The translations under genes were made by a program, and so were the position numbers. Shown piece after piece: positions 28,401 to 35,554 of a DNA stretch of 64,000 bases; the stretch's first letter is position 1; every line of letters starts with the position of its first letter. This DNA comes from Betaproteobacteria bacterium (GTDB taxonomy: Bacteria; Pseudomonadota; Gammaproteobacteria; Burkholderiales; Casimicrobiaceae): positions 49,728-113,727 of the forward strand of contig JACPUX010000010.1 of assembly GCA_016192065.1 (NCBI GenBank). The letters run 5' to 3'. Under the pieces are notes generated by a model. It had not been told where the DNA came from, made no database searches, and saw only the letters and a list, made by a program, of their open reading frames with translations.

Positions 28401-28518
28401 GGCGGCGCAACTCCAGAATTTGCTGGGTCGGTTGACCGGCAGCATCCAACTCCCAATGTCGCGACGGGCGCTCATAGGGAGAGTTCAGAATCGGACGATC
28501 GAAAAACGGAATCGACAT
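25441..28518 (-). CDS. res: Type III restriction endonuclease Res subunit (SF2 helicase + C-terminal PD-(D/E)xK nuclease)
   Basis: Walker A LATGAGKTTVMAML, DEAH box AINDEAHHC, motif VI QVIGRALRR, C-terminal ...DFIVLVDDG...EIKGY nuclease-like; 1025 aa. Confidence 0.85.
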   Translation of the reverse strand: MSIPFFDRPILNSPYERPSRHWELDAAGQPTQQILELRRRAEFITPIPKPKKQKQVAQQEGFVFDEGKGLSSGTQQYDPTSIINEVRNHVDAWRALPNPNQWQVTPETARLLQHWRHHKFNGVRPFFCQVEAVEAAIWLIEVAPGTRHGKRLLDHLAAANKDANPGLMRLALKLATGAGKTTVMAMLLAWQTLNAVRRPSSKQFTRGFLICAPGLTIKDRLRVLQPNDPDSYYRERELVPHDLLDEMGRAKIVITNYHAFKLRERIDISKGGRQLLKGRTGDEIVTTETEGQMLQRVMPDLMGMKNILAINDEAHHCYREKPREADDEDLKGEEKTEAEKNNEAARLWISGLEAVNRKLGLSRTIDLSATPFFLRGSGYAEGTLFPWTMSDFSLMDAIECGIVKLPRVPVAENIPGDELPVFRNLWENIRKDMPKKGRGANQELDPLKLPTRLQTALQALYGHYEKTFKLWQEAGIKVPPCFIVVCQNTAISKLVYDFISGFHRKNDDGTATPEHGRLPLFRNFDETTGNPLPRPNTLLIDSEQLEAGDALDDKFHEMAADEIARFRREIVERTGDARAGDNLADQELLREVMNTVGKAGQLGGTIRCVVSVSMLTEGWDANTVTHVLGIRAFGTQLLCEQVIGRALRRQSYDLNEEGLFDVEYADVFGIPFDFTAKPVVSPPQPPRETVQVKAVRPERDALEIVFPRVEGYRVELPEERLTAHFNEDSTLLLTPELVGPCETRNEGIIGEGVNLTVDHLGDVRASTLLFNLTQRLLYTKWRDPGEEPKLHLFGQLKRIAKEWLDHHLECKGGTYPAQLLYLQLADMACEKITAAITRRFLDERPIKALLDPYNPNGSTRHVRFNTSKACRWETSSRHCHINWVVLDSDWEAEFCRVAEAHPKVRAYVKNHGLGFEVPYRYGSETRKYLPDFIVLVDDGHGPDDLLHLIVEIKGYRREDAKEKKSTMDTYWVPGVNHLGTYGRWAFAEFTDVFRMQQDFAKKVEAEFDQMIRQTLAEGKTVPIRT

Positions 28519-28797
28519 GGCGACGGCCTACCCTCCCGCGCGTTGTTATTGGCCTACCGGCGCCCTATTCTCTACCAAAACTCTGGCGATGACCATGGCT
28601 GGCGGCTTGGCGTCATCATCCCCCCGAGGGTCCGAAAGAGTTTGCTCACGGCGTGGCCAAAGCAGCCGATCACCGTTTTCATTGAACGACCGTTTGCGAT
28701 GCCCTGCGTCGCTCCACTGACTTATCCGCCAAGCAAGTTTTTCATGGGCTTTGTGTCGGGCGCTCCGGAAGTGCACACCCAGGGCATGCGCTCTTGT

Positions 28798-29439
28798 TCA
28801 CCGTCGCATTCCCAGCGCGGCTTCGAGGAGCGCTTTGGCCCACTCGGGCGCCGCGTGCAGCGCGGCCCTGTCCTGGGGCTTGGGCCACAAGAGCTTTCCC
28901 TTCACCATTTCCAATACCAACAGAGGGTCCGGCACGGCTTTGCCGGGCGGCGCATGGGCACTGTTGTCGTAGACCTGCACCTGCGCGACCTGCGGCATCA
29001 GCCCGATCAGGTTGCCTTGCGCATGCACATAGCGCTCTCGAATCTTCGCCTCGGGAATGTCGTGGCCGCCGGCGGCGACGCGGGCGCGCACGCGCGCGAT
29101 GTGCTGTTCGGGCGACGCCAAGCCGCAGAACCAGATCAGCACATCGTGCGAGCGCGTGGCGGCGAGAATCTTTTGCGGTACGGACTGACCGCCCAAGGTC
29201 GTTTCAAAAGCGTAGGAGCTGCGGGATGCAAGGGCCTCGTCGAGGCGCCGCATTCCCTCGCCCCAAGCTTGCGCATTGGCGCTGCGTTGATCGCTGCCGG
29301 TGGCGGCGACTAACTCTCGGGCGAAGGTATCGGGATTGAACCAGGTCAATCCGGCGCGTTCGAGCAAATAGCCGCCGACCGAACTCTTGCCGGCGCCGTT
29401 GACGCCAGCAAGGACGTAGAGGACAGGGCGCGCCTTCAA
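28798..29439 (-). CDS. zeta-toxin-family P-loop kinase
   Basis: VLAGVNGAGKSS Walker A at N-terminus, about 210 aa, ATGA overlap with upstream antitoxin gene. Confidence 0.75.
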   Translation of the reverse strand: MKARPVLYVLAGVNGAGKSSVGGYLLERAGLTWFNPDTFARELVAATGSDQRSANAQAWGEGMRRLDEALASRSSYAFETTLGGQSVPQKILAATRSHDVLIWFCGLASPEQHIARVRARVAAGGHDIPEAKIRERYVHAQGNLIGLMPQVAQVQVYDNSAHAPPGKAVPDPLLVLEMVKGKLLWPKPQDRAALHAAPEWAKALLEAALGMRR

Positions 29440-29813
29440 TGCCGGGCACCGGCCTTCACTTTGCCTTTCAAGCGAGCGCCGGCACGCATAACATCGCGCA
29501 GCCGGTCTGCGGCATCCGGAGACTGCAAGACGGCCAAGCGCTGATCGAAGCGCTGGCGCAAAGCGGCCAAGGCGTTTTCGGTCTGCATCGCCGTCTGTTG
29601 CGCTGCCCGCATGAGATCTGCGTATTCGTCGGTCGAGAGGATCACGGCCTCGGGTTCATCGTGGTTGGTGACCACCAATTTGCCCTCGCTGCGTATTGTC
29701 CTCATCAAGCCGCGCCAGCCGAGTTTCTTGACATCGGAAGCAGGGGCATGGGGGAGCTGCGCGAGCCAATCGAACAGTTTGCTATTGGATGCCACGGCCA
29801 TGGGACCTCCCAA
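29436..29813 (-). CDS. Phd/YefM-like antitoxin (start probably MAVASNS)
   Basis: Motif LVVTNHDEPEAVILSTDEY typical of Phd/YefM antitoxins; 4-nt overlap with the toxin gene. Confidence 0.65.
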   Translation of the reverse strand: MGGPMAVASNSKLFDWLAQLPHAPASDVKKLGWRGLMRTIRSEGKLVVTNHDEPEAVILSTDEYADLMRAAQQTAMQTENALAALRQRFDQRLAVLQSPDAADRLRDVMRAGARLKGKVKAGARH

Positions 29814-31004
29814 AGCGTCATTCAGGTACGAGCATTATAGCCCAACAGGCCTTTTAGGCCATTTTTCCCTATTGAGTCATTTGGGCTTGGGCGATTTGCA
29901 GCGCTCATCATGTGAACTTCGTCGTTGCGAACACGCAACACCATGTCGCATTACTTGAAGAATTTTCTTTGCGTTTTCTATTGCATGGAGTACGATGCGC
30001 GCCTTGCTTTTGGAAAACCTCATGAATCTCCTGCAACGATTTGGGTTTGATGGTTCTCTGCGCGGCGCCGCTTTCGGCGCGGCTGCGTTTGCCCGAACCC
30101 GGCATGGAGTTCAAGCCGAGCGCCGCGCCACTTGCGGCCAAGGCTCACCGCGGGCGTTGTTCCAGAAGTAGTCCCCTGAACGGTCTTGGGCCGCCAGGGT
30201 GGGCGGCGGAAAGTACAAGACCGGATCGCGCTGTTTCTTTCCTCTTCTCTTCCGCTGCGGCTTCCGCGCCGCGTTTGGCTGCGGGCTTGGCTTTTTGTTT
30301 CTTGATCAAGGAGTGTCGTTTGAAATTTGCGTTTTGCCATTCGTTTACGGCGATGAAGCCGCTGCCGCAACAGCCATTGGGCCAGTTTGCGCGCACGGCC
30401 GCCACGCGGTGGCATTTGCCTTCTTGCGGACAGCGTCCGGGTGATGCACTCGAGGGAGCGAACGCTTTGTAGTTCGCTTGTTGCCTCGGTTGTCATGGCC
30501 CGGTATTCCGCGAGGAAACCGGGTTTTTTGTTTTTTGGAATCGGCTTTTTCGCTGCGCCACTTTGCGTGCCAGCGATGAGGCCGGCAGTACGGCAATTGC
30601 GGTGTTGTGCGCGACGCCGCCAACCGGGTTTGCGGGATTGCCGCCGCGCGTGAGGCGCGGTCACTAGTCGTTTGCGGCCTTTGGGCGCGGGCGACGAAAC
30701 TTTGGCTGCGTCCTCGCGGGCGCAGCGCTGAAAGCGCGCGGCCACTTGCCAGATCGGCCTGGGCCGCGCGCGCTTTCGGGAGGGGTATGTGGGCTGGTTT
30801 AAATGGGGGCAGTGCGGAGTTATTGATCGCGCCTTCCGACGCTCCTACAGGAGGCAAGGCATTGTTTTGTGCCGCTGTCTTTCGGCGGCGGCGAAAGGAT
30901 TCGCCAGGGTTCTTGTTGTCAGCGGATGAGGTTCGTGAATCCTCACCGGTGCGCCCTGCCTTCGTTGGCTTGGTGTATGCCGCGGCAAGGCAATTGGCGG
31001 ATGT

Positions 31005-31078
31005 AAGCTGAATTGGCTCAAAGGTAGAGCGCGGGTGACAAGCCCGAGGTTGCGGGTTCGAGTCCCGTATTCGGCACT
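31005..31078 (+). tRNA. degenerate tRNA-like sequence (acceptor GCTGAAT/ATTCGGC, D-arm, T-arm GCGGGTTCGAGTCCCGT present; anticodon arm does not fold)
   Basis: Hand-folded: acceptor, D- and T-arms pair, anticodon stem has at most 4 bp and lacks U33; probably pseudo-tRNA or att remnant. Confidence 0.35.
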
Positions 31079-31080
31079 GT

Positions 31081-31156
31081 TGTTCCATAGCTCAGTACGG
31101 TTAGAGCAGTCGACTGAACATCGACCGGTCGAGGGTTCGACTCCCTCTGGAAGATT
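31081..31156 (+). tRNA. tRNA-Phe(GAA)-like sequence with G2-G71 mismatch, C37 and non-A discriminator (possibly pseudogene)
   Basis: TA-GCTCAGTACGGTTAGAGC D-arm, perfect anticodon stem GTCGA/TCGAC with loop CTGAACA, T-arm GAGGGTTCGACTCCCTC; acceptor TGTTCCA/TGGAAGA has one mismatch; no CCA. Confidence 0.45.
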
Positions 31157-31430
31157 AGCCCTGTAACGGCTATTTGTTGGTAGTACCCGGGCCGGCTTCG
31201 GCGGCAAGCGCGTTTTGGCTTGACGCACCGCGCGCCCGACTTGCGCGCCGCCGGCGCGTGAGAGCGAGGCCGCTTGAGCTTCGCGTCGCCGTTCGTGTGC
31301 ATCGCTTGCCATTTTGGGAGGGTGCCGCGAACGCGGCGCGCGGCGCGGCGGCCCTCCCCCTCATGCCAAGCGGAGGCCCGTCGAGCGGGCGGGAAGCCCG
31401 GCCCATTTTTGGATCGTGAAGGAGAAGAAC

Positions 31431-32570
31431 ATGTTGCGTAAGTTTTGGGTGAAGAAAGACGAACGCGCCTTGCTTTTTCGCAAGGGCGATTTCGTGAGCG
31501 TGTTGACGCCGGGCGAATACTGGAAGTTCGACCCGCTGCGCCGCTTGTCGCTGGAGAGCTTTGCGCTCGCCAAGCCGCAGTTCGAACACCGCCTGGTGGA
31601 TTACCTGGTGAGCTCGGAGCCGGCGATCGTGGCCCAGGAATTTCATGTGGTCGACCTCAAGGCAACCGAGGTGGGCCTGCGTTATGAGAACGGTGTGCTC
31701 GCCGAAGTGCTGGCGCCGAACACCCGTCGCTTGTACTGGAAGGGTTATCTCGCGCAGCGCTTCGAGACGCTCGATATCAGCGCCGACTTTGCCGTGGCCG
31801 CTGCTCTGGTGCCGAGATTGGCGGCGGGTTCGGGTCGCAGTGCGGTGAAGCTGGCCGGTGCGGAAGGCGTATACACCGTGGCCGTGCCACAGTACCAGGT
31901 GGCAGTGCTTTACGTCGACGGCAAGGTCGATCGTGTGCTGGATGCCGGCTTGCATTACTTCTGGAAGTTCAACCGCGATTTGCGTGCTGAACTCGTGGAT
32001 TTGCGGTTGCAAGTGCTGGAAGTGGCCGGGCAGGAAATTCTCACCAAAGACAAGGTGAGCCTGCGCGTCAACCTCACCGCGGGTTACCGTGTGAGCGACG
32101 TGCTGGTGGCCTTCGCCAAGCAGGCGCGCCCGCTGGAATACCTCTACAAGGAACTCCAGTTCGGCTTGCGTGCGGCGGTGGGAACCAAGAGCCTCGACGA
32201 GTTGCTCGAAAACAAGAGCACGCTCGACGAAGCGGTGCGCGAGCACATCCAGCGCCGTACGGCTGGATTGGGCTTGGAAGTGGAGAGCGTGGGCGTCAAA
32301 GACATCATCTTGCCGGGCGAAATGAAAGCGCTGCTGGCCAAGGTGGTGGAAGCCGAGAAGGCCGCGCAAGCGAACTTGATTCGTCGTCGTGAAGAAACGG
32401 CGGCCACGCGTTCGCTGCTCAACACCGCCAAGGTGATGGAAGACAACCCGGTGGCCTTGCGCTTGAAGGAGCTGGAAACGCTGGAAAAAATCACCGAAAA
32501 GGTTGACAAGATTTCGGTCTTCGGTGGCTTGGAAGGCGTGTTGAAAGACCTGGTGAAAATCCAGGTGTAA
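31431..32570 (+). CDS. SPFH/band-7 (slipin/stomatin-like) domain protein
   Basis: Tandem SPFH-like segments and C-terminal coiled-coil (EAEKAAQANLIRRREE...), 379 aa from ATG 31431. Confidence 0.8.
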   Translation: MLRKFWVKKDERALLFRKGDFVSVLTPGEYWKFDPLRRLSLESFALAKPQFEHRLVDYLVSSEPAIVAQEFHVVDLKATEVGLRYENGVLAEVLAPNTRRLYWKGYLAQRFETLDISADFAVAAALVPRLAAGSGRSAVKLAGAEGVYTVAVPQYQVAVLYVDGKVDRVLDAGLHYFWKFNRDLRAELVDLRLQVLEVAGQEILTKDKVSLRVNLTAGYRVSDVLVAFAKQARPLEYLYKELQFGLRAAVGTKSLDELLENKSTLDEAVREHIQRRTAGLGLEVESVGVKDIILPGEMKALLAKVVEAEKAAQANLIRRREETAATRSLLNTAKVMEDNPVALRLKELETLEKITEKVDKISVFGGLEGVLKDLVKIQV

Positions 32571-32629
32571 CCGCGGCAACCGGGGAGCAACTCTCCCCGG
32601 TTGTCGATTCACAGACACTCGATAACATC

Positions 32630-33757
32630 ATGAACACGACGAAACCTCAAAGCACTTTGGCAGCCAACGGAACACCCGCTCGGGTGCTCCAAAGACAATC
32701 GCGCCAGATCGGGCAGTTCCTGCTGGAGAGCCACATCCTCGAAGCGGTGGAGCAGCGGCGCGCGAGCTACCCGATTCTGCGCCATTTGCGCATCGCTGCG
32801 CGGGTGGAGCAGCAAGCGCTTTTCGACGACCTCGCTTTGAGTTTGGGCTGGCAAGCGCATCGCATCCATGGCGAGCTGATGCTGCTTGAAAGCGACGGCC
32901 TTTTCGTCTCCGTTTACGGCACGCGCAAGGGCGAGTATTGCTCGGCCTCGTTTCACCTTTGGGCCGAGAGCATCGAACGGGCGGAAAGCGCCATCGCCGC
33001 CATCGAAGCGCGCGTCGGGGAAGCGCGCATCGCCGAACCGATGTTCTCCGTCGATTGGCACTTCGTGAGTTCCTGCGGCGACCTCGAAAGCGCGTCGATC
33101 GAAGAAATCGCCGACAGTCCGTTGATCGATGCCGCCTACCCCGAGCTCAGTGATGGTGTGGCGCCTTTCATCGCGCGCTACCTCGCCGCGCCGGAAACCG
33201 TACTGGTGCTGCAAGGCCCGCCGGGCACCGGGAAGACCCGCCTCATTCGCGCCGTGTTGAGCGAGATTTCGCGCCGCGCCGGCGGGGAAGCCGAGGTGCT
33301 CTACACTGGCGACAAAAAGGCGCTGGAAAACGAAGAAATTTTCGTGAAGTTCATCACCGGCACACACGGTGCCTTCGTGGTGGAAGATGCCGACCACTTG
33401 CTCACGCCGCGCGCCGAAGGCAACCAGCACTTGCACCGTTTTCTCGCCATTGCCGACGGAGTGGTGCGGGCGCAATCACGCAAAATCATCTTCTCGACCA
33501 ACTTGCCCAACCTGGGCGATTTGGACGACGCGCTTATCCGCCCCGGTCGTTGCTTCGCGCGGGTGCATGTGCGCGAACTTTCGCTCGCGGAAGCCGAGCG
33601 CGTAATCGCCGCCATCGCCCCGGACGATGCCGACCGCCAAGCGGCGTTGCAGGAAGCGGTCCAGGCGCTCGAACAGCGCAGCGTTTCGCTGGCGACGATT
33701 TACAAGTTGCTGCGTCAGGCGGAGCAAGGCGCTGTGTGTGCTAGCCAGGCGCGGTGA
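32630..33757 (+). CDS. AAA+ ATPase with unknown N-terminal domain
   Basis: Walker A VLQGPPGTGKTRLIRAV, Walker B AFVVEDADHL, sensor-2 ALIRPGRC; 375 aa. Confidence 0.75.
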   Translation: MNTTKPQSTLAANGTPARVLQRQSRQIGQFLLESHILEAVEQRRASYPILRHLRIAARVEQQALFDDLALSLGWQAHRIHGELMLLESDGLFVSVYGTRKGEYCSASFHLWAESIERAESAIAAIEARVGEARIAEPMFSVDWHFVSSCGDLESASIEEIADSPLIDAAYPELSDGVAPFIARYLAAPETVLVLQGPPGTGKTRLIRAVLSEISRRAGGEAEVLYTGDKKALENEEIFVKFITGTHGAFVVEDADHLLTPRAEGNQHLHRFLAIADGVVRAQSRKIIFSTNLPNLGDLDDALIRPGRCFARVHVRELSLAEAERVIAAIAPDDADRQAALQEAVQALEQRSVSLATIYKLLRQAEQGAVCASQAR

Positions 33758-33799
33758 CAGAATCAGCCCCGAGACGCCGGAACCCAATGCCGACTTCAG

Positions 33800-34192
33800 T
33801 CAGCCGGCTGGCCGCATTGGTTCAGACTCGGCGTGCGTGATACTCTCCAGCGCCTGCTGCACTTGAATCAGGAACGCAGGGAGATCCGTTTGAATCGTTG
33901 TCCACACAATTTCCAGATCGACCTCAAAATACCCATGTGCCACCGCGTTGCGCATCTGGTAGGCAAGTGCGAGGGGAAGCTCGGGGTGCTGCGCGGCAAA
34001 TTTCGGAAATCGCTTCTGCACGCTATTGCTTGCCTCGCCAATCACCTCGAAGTTGCGAATCACCGCGTCTTGGACGATCTGGCTTTCCAGGAACGCGCGC
34101 TTGTCGATGGCCGCGGAGTAGGCAAGAATTCGTGCGATGGCTTCGAGGATGTGCGCCAGATAATCCCTGAGTCGGTGTTTCTCTTCGTTCAT
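33800..34192 (-). CDS. HepT-like (DUF86) toxin of HepT/MNT TA pair
   Basis: C-terminal RNAVAHGY (Rx4HxY HEPN motif), 130 aa, 4-nt overlap with upstream MNT gene. Confidence 0.7.
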   Translation of the reverse strand: MNEEKHRLRDYLAHILEAIARILAYSAAIDKRAFLESQIVQDAVIRNFEVIGEASNSVQKRFPKFAAQHPELPLALAYQMRNAVAHGYFEVDLEIVWTTIQTDLPAFLIQVQQALESITHAESEPMRPAG

Positions 34193-34515
34193 ACCGGCAC
34201 GGCCTCGGCGAGAACGGCGGCGCGAAACTTCTCCGGCAGCGCCCGCGGTGTCAATACGTCCACCGGCACGCCGAGCAGCTGCAGAAGCTCGTGGCGCATC
34301 GCAGCGATATCAAAAAGCGTTGTTTCCGCTGTTGGATCGACCAGGAGGTCCAAATCGCTTTCCTCGCCGTCGTCGCCGCGGATGACGGAGCCAAAAACGC
34401 GCGCGTTTTGCGCACGATGAGTTGCCACGATCTGTCGGATCGATTCGCGATGTGTCGCGAGCGCGAGGGATGGTCTCATGTCTATTACGCGGTCGGTAGC
34501 AAAAGCGCCCGGCAA
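34189..34515 (-). CDS. MNT-type nucleotidyltransferase antitoxin
   Basis: GSVIRGDDGEESDLDLLV minimal NTase motif (GS...DxD), about 100 aa. Confidence 0.7.
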   Translation of the reverse strand: MPGAFATDRVIDMRPSLALATHRESIRQIVATHRAQNARVFGSVIRGDDGEESDLDLLVDPTAETTLFDIAAMRHELLQLLGVPVDVLTPRALPEKFRAAVLAEAVPV

Positions 34516-34679
34516 GTCGGTTAGTGCCCTTGCAGCTTGGGTCGATTCATTCTATAGCAGCCGGGGTGGCAAAGAAAGCGGCGAAACCTGCCTTGACCCA
34601 TTCGTTCGCGTGCTTGCGGCGGGCCCGGCCCGCGCGATAATAGCCATCGGGCCCCGGCCGCAATCGCCCGGGCGCAATG

Positions 34680-35099
34680 CTAGGCGTGAGAAGCTCCTTG
34701 GGCGCGAGATATGCGGCTGAGAACCGGCTCGTTGGCCCAATCGGCGGGTGAGGCAATCACGATTTTCAAGTAATCGGTCGAATTGACCTCTCTGCGTTTG
34801 CGTTGGGTTGCCTCCAGGATGGCTCTCTGAATCATGTATTGGAAGGATTTGGTCGGCTGGGTTTCCGGAACCTCATGTGGTGCACACGTCTCTAGCATAT
34901 CGAGCTGAGCGATCAGCTCGCCGCGAAGAAGTTGGGCGTCGATGGCGCGAGCCTGCAAGTATTGCAATGCCGTGACCTGATCCAGCAAGGCCAAGACCAC
35001 ATGTTCTACGCCGATGTAGTGGTGGCCAGCGTTGCGAGCGGACACGAAGCTGCGGTGAAGCGCCTCTTCAAGGTCTCGAGCGATCACCTGGTACTCCAC
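34680..35099 (-). CDS. stand-alone Clp N-terminal (Clp_N/R) domain protein
   Basis: Sequence HHYIGVEHVVLALL... and second repeat resembling ClpA/ClpB N-domain repeats; 139 aa. Confidence 0.55.
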   Translation of the reverse strand: MEYQVIARDLEEALHRSFVSARNAGHHYIGVEHVVLALLDQVTALQYLQARAIDAQLLRGELIAQLDMLETCAPHEVPETQPTKSFQYMIQRAILEATQRKRREVNSTDYLKIVIASPADWANEPVLSRISRAQGASHA

Positions 35100-35162
35100 G
35101 CCGCAGGGCTGGACTAAGTCGGCGACGCAATGACGCCCCAGGATTCGGTCGCACGAACTCGG

Positions 35163-35447
35163 TCAGGTGCCCCCACCGCACTCATACACCCCCTGGCTCG
35201 CGCGCTCGATCTCTTGTGCATAGGTGTAGTGTTTCTTTGCCGATTCGAGCGCGATTGCCCCGCGGCTGGCATGACCCTCCTGGTACAAAAGCTCCCGGAT
35301 CACGGCGTTGACATCGTTGATCGGGGGCACCATGAGGGTTTGCAGGCGGTCGTAAGTCTCGCGATCGATGGTGATTTGCACTTGCTCAGACATATCGGTC
35401 TCCTCATGTGTGAGCGCAACGCGGGCGCTGGATTTGTAGTGCCGCAA
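35163..35447 (-). CDS. hypothetical small protein (possible RHH-like, internal start MSEQVQITIDRETYDRL)
   Basis: 94-aa ORF; weak. Confidence 0.3.
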   Translation of the reverse strand: MRHYKSSARVALTHEETDMSEQVQITIDRETYDRLQTLMVPPINDVNAVIRELLYQEGHASRGAIALESAKKHYTYAQEIERASQGVYECGGGT

Positions 35448-35554
35448 CTCGGGGCAACGAGGAACCCCTCGCCGCCGAACGATTCAGGTGGCACATGCAA
35501 GACCACGCTACTCGCCGTACATGCGCAGGTCAAGGGCCTGCGGAGTCTAGGCAA

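Noticed and set aside
30020-30745. 241-aa minus-strand ORF and several ORFs of 80-250 aa in 30000-31000
   Set aside because: Extremely Arg/Lys/Gln-rich low-complexity translations on both strands, no start context. The region looks non-coding.
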